Shown: positions 12,645 through 27,032, numbered from the whole stretch's first letter. The stretch: 63,858 nucleotides of DNA, filler included, from Octopus bimaculoides (GCF_001194135.2; 5 parts of 5 records of this genome joined end to end with filler, not necessarily neighbours in it), one strand, 5' to 3'. The notes: generated from the letters alone by a model not told the origin. Numbers and translations: made by a program.

Positions 12645-14022
12645 GAGGTTATGAAGCAGATAGAAGAGACGGGCTATAAGTACTTGAGGATTTTGGAAAT
12701 GGATAAATTAATGGAGAAAGAAATGACAGAAAAAATTAAGGTGGAGTACTTGTGCAGACTGAGACTAATCCTTAAGTTGAAATTAAACGGACGGAATAAG
12801 ATTGAAGCTATTAACACCTGGACAGTTTCACTCCTTAGATATGGAGCAGGGGCAATTGCATGGACACTAGACGATCTAAACAGCTTAGACAGAAAGACAA
12901 CGAAGTTGCTAACGAGATATGGAACATTCCACCCAAAAGACAGACTGTATGTACACAGGCAGAATGTATGTATACAGACAGACTGTATGTACGAAGAAAA
13001 ACAGGAAGAAGAGGGCTTATTGGATGCGAACACAGCATTAGAGCAGAGGAAAACAACATGGCATGTAAGAAATGCCAAAGAACCGCTTTTATTAAATGTA
13101 AGAAGGTCAGTCCTGTGTATGATGAAAGATTGCAAAGATAAAGCACTGTACAGGCAATTGAAAACGAATGAGACTGAAAATAAGTGGGTAGAGTAAAGAA
13201 TACATGGACAATTTCATAGGGATGTTGAAGATAAGACAGACAGAGAAAAAAGATAGCTGTGGATGACTAAAAGTGATTTAAAACCAGAAACGGATGCTCG
13301 AATCTGTGCTGGCCAAGTGCAAGCACTATGAACATACTACATAAAATACAGAATAGACAACACATCAGAAAGTGATGTGTAGAATCTCTGGACAAAATAC
13401 TGGAACCGTTTGGCATATTACCAGCCAATGTACGCCACTAGCCCAGAAGGAATATAAGAGACGCCACGACAATATAGCCAGGCTTGTCCATTGGACACCT
13501 TGCAACAAGTATGGACTTGACAGAGCAAAACATTGGAACGAACACAAACCCGAAGGTATCATCGAAAATGATAATGCAAAGATCCTGTGAGATTTTATGA
13601 TTCAGTGCGACCATGACATAGAGAGTAGAAAGCAAGACATAGTCTTAATTGAGAAAGAAAACGAACTATGCTGGATCATAGACATAACATGCCCAGCTGA
13701 CAAGGTATGCGATAAGGAAGAAAGAAAAGTCGATACATATGACAGGTTAGCTTGGGAAGTTAAGTAGTTTTGTTGGATGAAAAAGGTGGTAGCAGTACCA
13801 ATAAATGTCGGAGCCCTGGGAACAATGAGTAAAAAATCTTCAGAAGTACATGGAACAAATAGGGTCCGCAATAAGGGCGGAGCACTTGAAGAAAACAGCA
13901 TTGCTTGGAACCGCTCGAATACTCCGGAAGGTGCTCAAAAAATAAGAAGTGTTACCTTAGTTCACTGGTAGTGAACAGCTGACACCGTAGTACATCTCCA
14001 GCGTTAGAAGCTGTGCAAAGGC
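12645..14022 (+). mobile_element. R4/Dong-like retrotransposon 3' half (RT end, CCHC knuckle, REL endonuclease), disrupted
   Basis: YKYLRILE..KLNGRNKIEAINTWTVSLLRYGAG; CRIS..TVWHITSQCTPLAQKEYKRRHD; RKQDIVLIEKE..WIIDITCP; VPINVGALG; followed by (TAA)n. Confidence 0.88.
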
Positions 14023-14044
14023 AATAATAATAATAAAAATAATA

Positions 14045-14260
14045 ATCCTTTCTATTATAGGCACAAGTTCTGAAATTTTGGGGGAGAATATTAGTCGATT
14101 ACGTCGACCCCAGTGCATAACTGGTACTTATTTCATGGACCTCGAAAACATGAAAGGCGAAGTCGACGTCGGCGGAATTTGAACTCAGCACGTAAGGACG
14201 GACGAAATTCCCTGAGGCGTATCGTCCGGTGTGCTAACAATTCTGCCAGCTAACCGCCAA
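14045..14260 (-). mobile_element. SINE family A
   Basis: Near full-length copy. Confidence 0.8.
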
Positions 14261-15269
14261 TAAATTATGAATATCAAACCACAAATTACTGCTATGGCTG
14301 ATTTATGCTCTCACGACTGCTAAGATTTATTCTCTTCATAGCCTTACGCACAAGCATCTAACCTGTTCTAGTCCCTGAATCTGTTTTTCATTTTGGTATT
14401 TTCTCGCTTTCTGTCCCAGAAGTGAACTTTTACTTTAAATATAAAGCAATTACTATAAACTAATAGTGATATAATAATAATAATAATGATAATAATAAAA
14501 ATAATTAATAATAATAATAATAATCAATAAATAAATAAATGGAGCTTATCAATCAAGAGCATATATCTCATATCTCACTTCTAATTATCTCGAATGTATC
14601 TATTTTGTGTCAATATTATTGATAACATCACGAAGATTACAAAAGAGAAAGCAACAGTTTTCATATTTGCTGTCCAATTGAAAAAGATTTTCAGGAGATT
14701 ATAAACTTGTCAATTAGAAAACAAAAGATTAACATTAAGTTATAGATATTGTTATAGAACGGTCCATTATTATTTACTATTTGGTGATAAAGTAATTTTC
14801 AAATTTCGATTTTAGATAAAAATGACCTTAACAATCATGATCCGCTGATAGATGACCATCAAATTATAATATTTTATTGATAAAAATTCGAATCAATTTA
14901 TTATTCAATGATAAAGTAACGATCAAATTGCAATTTTAGATTGGCTGTTTCAGTGAAGATATTATTGATATAAATATACACACCTTTCACTTGCACCAAC
15001 TTCCTTAGATTGTGCTAAACGATGAACACAATCAGTTGATCAGTTGTAAGCAGTAATTGAAATAAAATAAAACCTCGGGAGCAGAGTTAATTTTACCTCC
15101 GATGTTTTAGCTCGGATAAATGCCATAGTTTAATTTTCGGAAAGTGATACTTCTCTAAACGGATTTCTTTGAAGCGGTCGTTCAATTGGTACTACAGAAG
15201 TATTTGTAGGGGAGTAACAGAGTCGGTTAATGGATTCTTAAATATAATTTGTATAGCTTTTATCTTTTA

Positions 15270-15720
15270 CTTGTCTCTGTTATCAGACTGCGGCCATGCT
15301 AAGGAACTGCCTACAAAAGCTTTTGAGTCAAATGAATCAACACCAGTACATTTTTAAGCCTTGTACTTATTCTATCGGTTTCTTTTGCAGACTCGGTAAG
15401 TTACTGGATGTAAACACACCAACACGAGTTGTCAAGCGGTGCTGAAAAGACACATACACAAACGCACACTAATACACACACACACACACAAACACACACA
15501 CGCACACACACACACACACACACATACACACACACACACACATATATATACAATATTATTGTATAAGTAAATCAAACTATGCAAAACGACCCACCAAATA
15601 GGCTTTCACAGATTCCGCCTCACAAATGTTGGGCACAAAACTTTGTTCAACTCCAAGGTTTGATTGAAGTTACCTGACCAATGTTCGCTAGCACTGCGAG
15701 CGAAATCTAAACTCTATAGT
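15270..15720 (-). mobile_element. SINE family B, degenerate
   Basis: gactgcggccatgct...gttgtcaagcg...(CA)n... Confidence 0.65.
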
Positions 15721-15943
15721 TGATAAGGGAAATTCTCAGGCATCCAGCATGTCAGTAGTGACTAAGATGCAAACGAATGAATCAGTGACATTCGCTTCGA
15801 TATTTAAGAGTAATGCATTGTTTCCATTTATTATGCACTTAATTTCAATAAGAGTAACGCTTCAGTAACGCAGTAATTTACGGACAGCATTGTAGAGCGG
15901 TCATGAGAAGAATCGTGAATGAAACTTAAAATTATCTAGAAGT

Positions 15944-16150
15944 GAGGCGGCGTGTTGGCTGGATTGTTACCACGCCGTGCAAAATACTTAGCGGCATTTA
16001 GTCCGTTTTCACGCCCTGATTTCAAATTCCACTGAGGTCAACCCACTGAGGTCGATAAATAAGAGAACTAGTTGAGCACTATGGCAGAGGTAATCAACGT
16101 AATCAACGTAATCCTTTCATTAACTTGCTATCAAAATTTGCCAAAATTGG
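15944..16150 (+). mobile_element. SINE family A, degenerate
   Basis: gaggcggcgtgttggc...ttcaaattccactgaggtc. Confidence 0.6.
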
Positions 16151-16749
16151 AAACCAATAGTACCAGCAAATAATTAGTTACGAAGTACGGGTAAAATACA
16201 GGTGACACGTTGTTTGTAGCAGAATGGAATATAATGAGTAACCAAACGAACTCCTACTCTCAAATAAGGAGTACGTAGCGGAAAACTGCAACCGTATATT
16301 TCAGGATTACATGGAAATCAATCATCAGACGAAACTTCAACTCCAACTGGATAAAGCGGACAAGAACTGTAGAACTTCGGTAGTTAATGTTTATAACTTG
16401 TCTTCATGGTATAAAGTTATGATGAACAGTGCACTATAGTGAGCCTAATCATTCCATTAAATAAAAAGGATGGTCCATGTGGGAATTATATTACTGAAGT
16501 AAAGTAAAGTAATTATTTAATTTAGTCAAACACTCAGGTTTCATCACAGCTTGCTAGTTAATTATTCTGCATCATCATATCATTAAATAAAGAGAGTAAT
16601 TTACCATCTTTCGGTCTTTTCATACCTCCGAGGGCCATAAAAATTACTATCAGCCAACTATTGAGGCCAATTACAAAACATTGGTTGCATTATGGCAAAA
16701 TTAATATCCTTATTATTATTATTATTACTATTATTATTATTATTATTAT

Positions 16750-17330
16750 TGAGTGCTATAACTGCAATACCGAACGCTGCTCTGTCTTGAATTTGTTTAT
16801 TGTTTTGCTTTGATTTTATTATGTTTGCTATATTGAAAGTGTTCTATGTAATATGCGTAGAATCTAGCTGTGCTTTGTCCAGCAAGCTGTACATATAAGG
16901 AAATTTGTAAGTTCTGGGACTTTCATCCTGTATTTCGGTTTTTGGCTTCCAAAGCTTGTTTTATTGTGATGATTGTGTTTCCAGGTCCATAATTTTGGTT
17001 AAAGCTATTTCCAAATACTTATATTTGAGCAATTTCGTTTGAGATAGACATGTTGATTAGGAGCTATTTCTATTCCTAATGAACCTAGGAACCAATATAT
17101 TGTCGTTCAGCCTTATTTGATGTCTATGTGTAATCATATATACCAAACCATGGTACGTTTGTTGTTTTCGAAGGCTTTTTCTGGAGTATGTTTGTACTAT
17201 GTTTTCTCTTCTTATTTCATTGTACTTGAATAACTGGTAGTGCATATCTGTCGCAAGTCAGTCATCTTTGGGTAAGTTTGTCTCTTTAAGCTAAGAACAG
17301 TGAACCAGAAACAATATGGTAACTTATTAC
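16750..17330 (-). mobile_element. Highly degenerate R4/Dong-like 3' fragment
   Basis: Minus-strand remnants of the REL region (THRQIRLND.., LIDMSIS..), followed on its 3' side by (TAA)n at 16711-16750. Confidence 0.5.
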
Positions 17331-17799
17331 CTCAAGATCTTCCCGTATTCTAGTTACATAATTTATACCTTTTCATTATATACGTTTGGCGGTTTCTGGC
17401 ATTCAAGCCATAACACTGTGCCAAGTCAAGAGCTATCCTTAGGTATAGGACGCGTACTTTTAACGGCTGAATCTTTTGTGAGTATTATTCTACAAACGTT
17501 CTTTAATACCCTGATGTTTATGGTGAAAGAGATAGACAAGTGAGCGAGGCTGAAAGTATTGACGACTGACACCATCTTCAGCCGGACCCTTAGAGACTTT
17601 CTCAAGTAATTGCTCTCACTGAATTCGTCAATATTTGTATGGAGATCATTGTGAATTAAAGTGCGGTATCGTGACAGGTTCTATTTGGAGACTTTCTTGT
17701 ATCAGAACTGCAGCAAACATACATTCACATATTTCATATTTTGTGTAGTATGTATTTATGCTTTACTTTTAAATTTTCTCACCATTTTCATTACATATA

Positions 17800-19230
17800 C
17801 TTTCGTGTAAGCTCCAAACACAATTGTGTGACGATTTTCTTCTGGGATTGACATGTTGACTAGGCTTCTGTGCCCCTTTGGCATATATAAAGAAATTGTC
17901 AGCGATATCGTCATGGTAACCTCTCGGAAACATTTAACATCAAACGCTCATTCCATGAAGGACACTCCTCTGTTCTCGCCTGTATTTTCCGAGGGATACC
18001 TCTGTTAATCTCGACCCTCTACAGCATATACTCCCATTCCAAATGGGTTACAGTTGAGCTGTGTCAGCATATGTTGATGACGTCAGTGATAGTGTTAGAC
18101 GCTTCAGATATCGAAGCTGATTGGCACAATACTGAAATAGCAACGGATTTGTACAGATACACGCATGAACAGAGATACATCAATAGTATTTAGATAAACC
18201 TTTGTTGGTGTGCGATGATTTTTGCCGCTAGACCGATGGCCAGTGTAAGTCCTTGGTGACTATTTCGTTCGAAATATCCAGCTAATTAGGAATTGTTAAG
18301 CGTTCGCGAAAAGGGTGGCAAATGTCACTTAGAAATGGAAGAGACCAAAGCTGCTCTAGAAATGTCAAGCCGGGGTTGCACTAGTGCCTGATCATTGTTG
18401 TTTATTCAAAAAAATATTTGACGTGCTTCGAGCGAACGATTTTCAGTTTCTTATGGAAGGGACACGTTTCAGGAATCAGGAAATTCATATACTGTGAACA
18501 TACACTCTATGGTGGTCTCTGGATGCTATCTGTAACAATACACAGGTTTGTTCAGAGTCAGAGTCCATGCAGATATATCTAACCCACTGCGATAGTAAGG
18601 AGGAGAACGACGGTGATGACGACGAAAACGAAGATGAATTGGTGTGGGAGCCTTTCTTCGTTTCGTTTCCTTTATTAAACAGTAATCATGAGTCAAGTTT
18701 AGACTTATGTTCGGTGTTTGGCATCAAGGATATTGTCAGGTGAGCACTGCATACTATAGAAGCTGGATAAAGCCGCCCGGAGGAAAGCAACTCTAGAAAA
18801 TTAGATGTGGGTAAGAGTAATGAAAACTTGTGATTGACTATAGGCGTCGATAAGGACGATAAGAACGATCTGTGTAGTCTCTGCTTAAGGTCTTCTAGGC
18901 CGGTGAGTAGAGACAATTTACCAAACTCCTTGCTTGCCGAATCTCACCAAGATGCGCACAGGAGTAAGAAACTACTTTTCATCCATCGTCCAGTGTCCAT
19001 GTTTTAGCAACTTAAGGGCTTGTGGAGGTCGAAACTGACTGATCGCCGAGGCTGTAGTTCAGACTCTCTGACATGGAAGGGGGATAAATCTTTTCCTACC
19101 TGGTGGCTGTGGCGATAAATATTGTGTCACGGATTCAGTGAAAAGTGCGAGAAAAGAGATGAAGGTACTTTATTCTAGTGTATTTATCGAAAGAGTTGCG
19201 AAATGGTGTGCCTAAATAGACCTACTCTGA
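17800..19230 (+). mobile_element. Degenerate L1/Tx1-like LINE ORF2 relic
   Basis: HGNLSETFNIKRSFHEG (cf. NGHLS.PF.I.RSVRQG), VSAYVDDV (cf. YADD), later SPRCAQE.ET..H zinc-finger remnant; many stops. Confidence 0.6.
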
Positions 19231-19444
19231 ATATACTTCTCTACGGAAAGTGAGAGAAACTAAGAGAGATACTTTTGATACCTTGAAGATAGCAGAGTAA
19301 CCCGAGTCGTTTTGTGAATGGTTTCCCTTGGATTACCTTAGGTCGGTTGTCCTGCTTATGGAAGACGATTTTCTTGTTAAAATTTTTGCTGAATTCTATT
19401 TTTATGTTTTGTTATATCCTTATTGTTGTCGAATTCATTCAAAG

Positions 19445-19800
19445 GATTTCAGACGCAGTAATCGTTAGTGCTCTCTGTAGTATGTTGGTTGTGCCAAGTA
19501 GAGTGATCTTCTGGAATACATAAACATTGATGTTGCATGAGATATGATTCTTGAACATTCCCATTCCGTGATTCGTTAATCTTAGAGCTCCAATGATTAA
19601 CAGCATACTTTCAGTCTTCATACTCTGTATTCTCTTGATTTCATTTCCAGGTCTTTGTACAAGGTTGCATTCTGCATGTCATTCAGTGTAGAAATTATTT
19701 TACTGAACTGAGAAAAATATAAATTACTTTCAAATATAGGATTTGTGCTAATATTAGCACTTAATATCTTACTGAAATTTGAAGGGGAAGAATAACCACT
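19445..19800 (-). mobile_element. R4/Dong-like C-terminal fragment
   Basis: KTESMLLIIGALR..FQKITLLGTTNILQRALTI matches the element's terminal motif. Confidence 0.7.
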
Positions 19801-21399
19801 CAAGACCTCACTGTCAGAATAAGTTTACGTTATTCGTGAGGATGATTTGGTGACTATACCTAGCAGCCAAATATTATATTCTACTGTAGAATTTTCAAAG
19901 AAAAAGGATATACTGGAAACTAAAGTGTTTGCTATAGTATCCAGTATATCCTATATGGGAATAATCTATAAAATGTTTTCTATTGTTGGTCTACCCGACA
20001 AGGAGTGACCTTGAGCTACAACGACTGAATTTTGTGTATCCTCTTACTATTTTATTACATTAACGACAATAATGTTTTGTTATCTACTTTCAAAGTTTCC
20101 TTTAATGGACGTCAATCCTGCTAACTAGAAACCATTGGTGCATCTGAAATCCTGTCTAATCAAGTCTAATAATATCAAAGAATGACGCTTGCTGATTTAT
20201 TAAAAACATCACGAAATCACACACATCCTATCCTCAGGCGCACGTCGTTGAATCCTATAGAAAGTGTGTTGGTGTCATTATATTAAGATAGATATATCGA
20301 AAATGAAACATAATATAAGCGAGTACGTAAACGATTTCCGAATTAAGTTAAAACAGAACGAATGTTTTTCAATTATTTTGTTTATTTATTTATTGCACTC
20401 CTTCTTTCGTATTGTACGTGGCGTTAAATTTCACGGTATCAAAATGTATTAGATTACAGATCTAAATCTTTATCAATAACACCATATACTGGTTAATGTG
20501 ACAAAATCAAGGTAAACCCTCAGGCCATAATATACAAAGGGCCAATGTGATATCCTATTTTCAGATAATATTCACACCTCCTATAATTTCCTATCAAGTG
20601 TAACTTCTCTCTTTCCGAATAAAATTCGAAAACTAAAATATTTTAACACAAACAACAAACCATGTGAGAATATATAGTTTTACACCCAATATTTTGTTCG
20701 TGATCTTTAATTAAAAATATATATTTCGATTCAAACTTAGAATTGATTTAACCAAAAAATGATTTAAGATATTCAGACAAATATACACATACATGAATAT
20801 ATACATGCATACTTACACACATGTGCATACGCATATATACACACAGTTATATGTAAGCGTGTATTATTGTCTACCTACCTATGTATGGTTGTGTGTGTTT
20901 GGATCAATAACTGATATATAAACACACTTAAGTATATATGTTTGACGTGTATATTGAAGAGGGAGGGTAAGACAACGATTTGTTGATTTTGCATGTCTGT
21001 GAAATAATACTTCTACAGCTACGTATTTGAATATGCATAATACAAAATATAATGCATTACACATAGTACAGACTTATATACGAAAGAAAGGGATACGGAA
21101 CCATGTATAATAGTTTCGTTGGTAAAATACTTGAAGAAGGAAAGTATAATTTTAAACAAATGGCAAATATGTCTCAGTACATTTAAAAATATATTCAGGT
21201 GAGCCTACATTCATATTGCATTATTGTATATCTAATGCATTCAGTAAAACCTTGTTTCACCGATCTTTTGTGAATTGTGGTTATTTGTTATCCGTTTTCA
21301 AAATGGCTACTTATATATATACACGCTTTGACCATAGAGACACACACACACACATGTAGACATAGACGCGCACACAGTTAGACACACACACACACACAC

Positions 21400-21487
<88 letters not shown>

Positions 21488-21631
21488 GTATGAATATTAC
21501 ACGTACTTTGCTTAAGTCGGAGGGAAGAAAAAGGAATGCTTGGTACACGTTGTACTATATATGGTATTTATTAAAACTTAAGCAGAAAGTTCGCCACATG
21601 AAGCTAGTTTCACGCACATACATGCACAGAC

Positions 21632-21695
<64 letters not shown>

Positions 21696-22486
21696 AACAT
21701 GTGATCAAGGGGTGAAAAGTGACTTCCATATGATTACACTTGTTTCTTAACTTTCTGCGTGTTGTGTTTTTATTGCATGCAAACATTTTACGTATGTTTG
21801 CATCAATATGTATGGGTAAAATATAGAACGCTATTGAACATAGATATTGATGAAAACGTGTACACATACTTTTACATTCTGCAATTAATAATACTACAGG
21901 AAGAAGTTTACTAAATGGCTGTAAACATCTGAATGTTATATGGAAAAACAAATCTTTAACTCTCATACTTATCGATTTTACGATTCATTTACTTCTCGCG
22001 GTATACATTTACTGTTCGGATTTCCTGAATTTTCAATCACACGACGTATTTCAGTGCACAATGTGATTACTGACTACTATGTAAGCTGATAGCCGATTGC
22101 GAATGGAGAGCTTATTGTGAAGGACTCACGATTCTCTGAATCCATATTCTATACTACTACTTTGTACACACACATAACCACGCGTACAGACATGTATGCC
22201 TGTATGTGTGATGTATGTATGCATAATTTTACGTTGAGTTTAATTTAATTTCTATCTGAGAGAGTTCACTCCGGTCGCTAAAATAGTGACGAGATTTCTT
22301 GTGTTAGAGACTACCGGTGTTTGTAAATACGTGGTTGAATTAGTGTGTTGGGTGAACTGTCGCTCCAAGTGTGATCTATTCACATTATAATCTCAGATGG
22401 AGAATATTTGGAATGTCTCACAAATATTCATGTCCTAACAACTTGGATTTCGAAAATCAGCCTGAGTTTCTTTTGCACTTTTTCCG

Positions 22487-22565
22487 TATGTATGTATGTA
22501 TGTATGTATGTATGTATGTATGTATGTATGTATGTATGTATGTATGTATGTATGTATGTATGTAT
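22487..22565. repeat. (TATG)n microsatellite
   Basis: Read directly. Confidence 0.95.
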
Positions 22566-24486
22566 GCTTGCATAGAAGGATGCGTGTATGGGCACTAGAT
22601 AGATGCATATTAACTTACACTTACAAGCATATTAGCATATGTAAATGTAAATGAAGAAATAGAAATAAAATACTTCAAGCAGTGTTCTGTGTTAAAAAGG
22701 AGAGATTAACATCTGCTTTATAGTGAGATGCAAAAAAATTGAATTAACTGAGATTATCGTTGCAGCTACAAAAGAAAATCACCGAAAACCTAAATCCAGT
22801 TAGGACGGGATGGAGCTACAATATAATCGGCTAATGTAAGCTGTTGTATGATAAACACATTGAAGATCTCTAAAAAGCCAAACATGCTGAGACTATACTG
22901 AGAAAAACTTTAGATTAGAGGATATTGTTGAAGTTATCTACCTTTCTCGTTGTCTCTAGATTAAAAAAAAAATTCTTCATAGTGTTTTTATCTATCTGCA
23001 AATATTAACTAATATTCAACCGTATTTCTATAGAGAATGCAGAATTTCGCTATGACGTGATCTCTTTTTATTAGTTATCTAGTTGACAAATAATTAGACA
23101 AGAAGCGAAATTATGCACGTTATTTGTTGACACTCGGAATGTAAAAATACTATAACGGTACATACATACATGCATACACACACATACACACATGCATACA
23201 CATACATACATACATACATACATAATGCGATATAAATCTATTTAAGTCCATTTAAATTACATTCATCTATCTATGCATCTAATTATCATTGTATCTATCC
23301 ATTTATCAATCTCTCTCTCTATGCAAAACACACAGTTAGGGAGAGAAGGGGAGAGAGAAGAGAAGAGATAGATAGATAAATAGATACATTGATAGACAGA
23401 TAAAATTTAAGCAACTTTTAAGTTATTTGGTACCTTGTGTTTTGTTCTATAGACTTTTGTATATATTTGGATGTTAAGCGTGAGCTGTAATATCATTACA
23501 GCTACATATCTTCGTCTACATATATTATTATCGTTAAGATCACTTGCATCGCATCAAGAAAAGTACCGTATACAGAGCACATATGCACACACATATACAA
23601 TATCATACACACAACTAATATGAACGTGTGTGTAGCGTGTATATATACTTACGTGCATATTTCACTTGTTTGAAGGTATTTTACTCGATATTTGACCAGA
23701 ACTTAATTTCCTCAGAATTTAAGAAAACTCTCATAAAGATGATAACTTTTCCTCAAAAAGTGTCATCTTGTATTTTGATACATTGGTATTTTTACTCTGC
23801 ACTATAATTAAAGCAGGAACAGCGCTGAAATCCAATATGTGTGCTTAATTTAACGAAATGTAAATCATTCGGCTGTGATTTGACATTGGCGAAAAGTTGT
23901 TACAAATTAGCCAATAAAAGTGCACGTTCTGTTTTGCTTATACATACATACATACACACACACAGACACATGGGTACATTCATACACATGCATACATATA
24001 TACATAAATTTACGTATGTGTGTGTGTATAGGTATGTATCTACGTTCATACGTATAAATGTATATACATATGGGCATGCACAGATAGATTACAAATACAC
24101 AATACACCCACACAAAGATATGCACATATATCTATATCTATCTATCTATCTATCTATATACATATATATGTATATATNNNNNNNNNNNNNNNNNNNNNNN
24201 NNNNNNNNNNNNNNNNNNNNNNNNNNNNNNNNNNNNNNNNNNNNNNNNNNNNNNNNNNNNNNNNNNNNNNNNNNNNNNNNNNNNNNNNNNNNNNNNNNNN
24301 NNNNNNNNNNNNNNNNNNNNNNNNNNNNNNNNNNNNNNNNNNNNNNNNNNNNNNNNNNNNNNNNNNNNNNNNNNNNNNNNNNNNNNNNNNNNNNNNNNNN
24401 NNNNNNNNNNNNNNNNNNNNNNNNNNNNNNNNNNNNNNNNNNNNNNNNNNNNNNNNNNNNNNNNNNNNNNNNNNNNNNNNNNNNNN

Positions 24487-24544
<58 letters not shown>

Positions 24545-25125
24545 TCTATGTACATACATACATATATACATATATATGCATACACTCACGCACATATATG
24601 TAGCCATTTTTGCTTTCTGAGAGTTTGTGATAGAGGAAACTTAGAAATGAAACATAGTAATATGTGTGGAAGAGAATCGATTAGCTACGTGCACCTCTAT
24701 ATTTCTGGTAATGTCTAAAAGATACCTGCTAAAATAAGTAAGCCACGCTAGAATTCAATAGTATTTTTTTCAATTGTCTGAATCTCTACGGTTTAAAACT
24801 AAGACGAAAAGTATTCGCTTGGTATTTATTTAAGCTTTTTTTTTATACATAGAGATATCTATCAGTACTTTTAGTAATTAGATTGTGATGTTTATATGGA
24901 TTTTTGACTGTGTGTCCTCGAGTAAACAGTTGAATCTAGTCTGTATAATGGTATATTTGATTGGTCATATAATATTTACACAATCTATTTCCGTTAGAGA
25001 GCCATGTATCAATAATAGTTAATGTTTTGTTTTCCTCAAATTTTCTTTCTTTTTCTTTCTGGTGCTTATGAATATTTACATTTTAAGTATACACAGAATG
25101 AGAAATAAAATGCGCCCTCACACAG

Positions 25126-25156
<31 letters not shown>

Positions 25157-25329
25157 CACATGTATATTCATACCTATTTTTACTTCTGTGGAAATATATG
25201 CAGATACATACATACTTACATATATATACACACACACACATATATATATTTATAAACATATACACATGGCGTACACATATATATTCATATACACTCATGT
25301 GTGCATAGATATGTACATACGCACACTTG

Positions 25330-25417
<88 letters not shown>

Positions 25418-25517
25418 NNNNNNNNNNNNNNNNNNNNNNNNNNNNNNNNNNNNNNNNNNNNTTAATTAATTAANNNNNNNNNNNNNNNNNNNNNNNNNNN
25501 NNNNNNNNNNNNNNNNN
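25418..25517. other. Artificial scaffold spacer (44N-TTAATTAATTAA-44N)
   Basis: Exactly 100 nt; the 12-mer has stops in all six frames; identical at four places. Confidence 0.95.
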
Positions 25518-26328
25518 TTTTTTTTTTTTTTATACAATTCCTAATGATATTTAATTACAAAAATACAGTAGGATTTTTTTTATATACATTGAATAGCTAT
25601 GGAGGTTACGTAGAGTAAAATAGGAATCAGAGGGCAAAAATGGTTGAGAATCATTGGGTTAGATGGACCAATATGAATTTGAGATATTTTAAAATGGTTT
25701 ATTAAGGTTATCGGCATGGTTGTCATTTTTTTTTACATAGAAAACAAGTTAATCTGTGTAATGTTTACTGGCTAGTTACGATGTTTTCAATGCAGGGCAG
25801 GGAGATATGATGAATTTCTACCAATTTTAGGTAGAAAATGTTAAATTTTGCCACCTTTATCGTCTCATTCATAACTTTGATAAAAATGACAATTTTTACC
25901 AAGTTTATTGTCTCATTGATAATAATTGTAGGTGTACCATATGTACAAGAATATTTTGTTGTAATTCAGACGTCATATTCTATGGTGTAATGTTACTACA
26001 GAGTGGAAAGTCAAGTTATTCCATCTTTTACATATGGTAGAATATTATGTGTCTCTATAACAAGAACTGAAAAACCAATCTCTGCTATCTGTTGTTACAA
26101 GTAGTGAAAAGCTAAGTTGTAACTTCAGAAAGTCATACTATAACCATGTGTATTCCAGCATGTGTAACGCAGGTGGAAAGTTGAAGTAGATTGTCTGTAA
26201 GGAAGAGTGAATGTAAAGCTGAGTTGTACCATCTTTACCAGTGGGTAGAGAGTTAGGATGGATGGATGATGGATATCGTCTATAATTTTGGGTTGATGTC
26301 CAATCTGATGTGGCTGTGTAGCGAAAGT

Positions 26329-26406
26329 TTAGCTGATCACACATGAGACACTGTTCTGTATTTTGTTGTCAAACTTTTTGCTGAGAGCTTTATATTGTTC
26401 TGATAA
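26329..26406 (-). CDS. Probable terminal coding exon H (LSEQYKALSKKFDNKIQNSVSCVIS*), CaaX box
   Basis: Strong acceptor ttttatgttttctctgttacag|TTA, phase 0, 25 codons then TAA at 26329-26331. Compatible with exon G. Confidence 0.75.
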   Translation of the reverse strand, partial: LSEQYKALSKKFDNKIQNSVSCVIS

Positions 26407-26829
26407 CTGTAACAGAGAAAACATAAAAGTCAGATACAAAGTGTAGAGTGTGAGCATTTAGTGGTTATATCTGAGTGCATGTGTGTTTAATGTTGATATC
26501 TGTATCATCTATGTATGTTTGCAGATTGCATCTGTGTGTATGTTAGGTGGTTGTATTTGTGTGTGGGCATAAATTGTTGAGTAAATATATGGATAAACTA
26601 TTTTTGACCTCTACACACTAGATTGTTAAAAAGCTAAACACCCTGATCTTTATTGTCTTCAGAGAGGATAAATTGGGACTGTGGTATTCATGCCCCTTGT
26701 CAGAACAGTAGTAGTGTAAAAGAAATAAATGGCTCTGACTTGGAATTGAACCTGGCCTACACAATCCATTCTCTGGTGTTTAGAATAGATTAATACAATG
26801 CAGATAAATATTTGAAATATTCTGCTCTA

Positions 26830-27032
26830 CTCCAGGCACAGGGCCCAAAATTTTTGGGGACGGGGCCAATTGATTAGATTGACCACATTATGCAACTGGT
26901 ACTTAATTTATCGACCCTGAAAGGATGAAAGGTAAAGTTGACCTTGGCAGAATTTGAACTCAGAACATAAAGACATGAAATACCACTAAGCATTTCGCCT
27001 GGTGTGCTAACGTTTCTGCCAGCTCACCACCT
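26830..27032 (-). mobile_element. SINE family A
   Basis: Near full-length copy. Confidence 0.85.
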
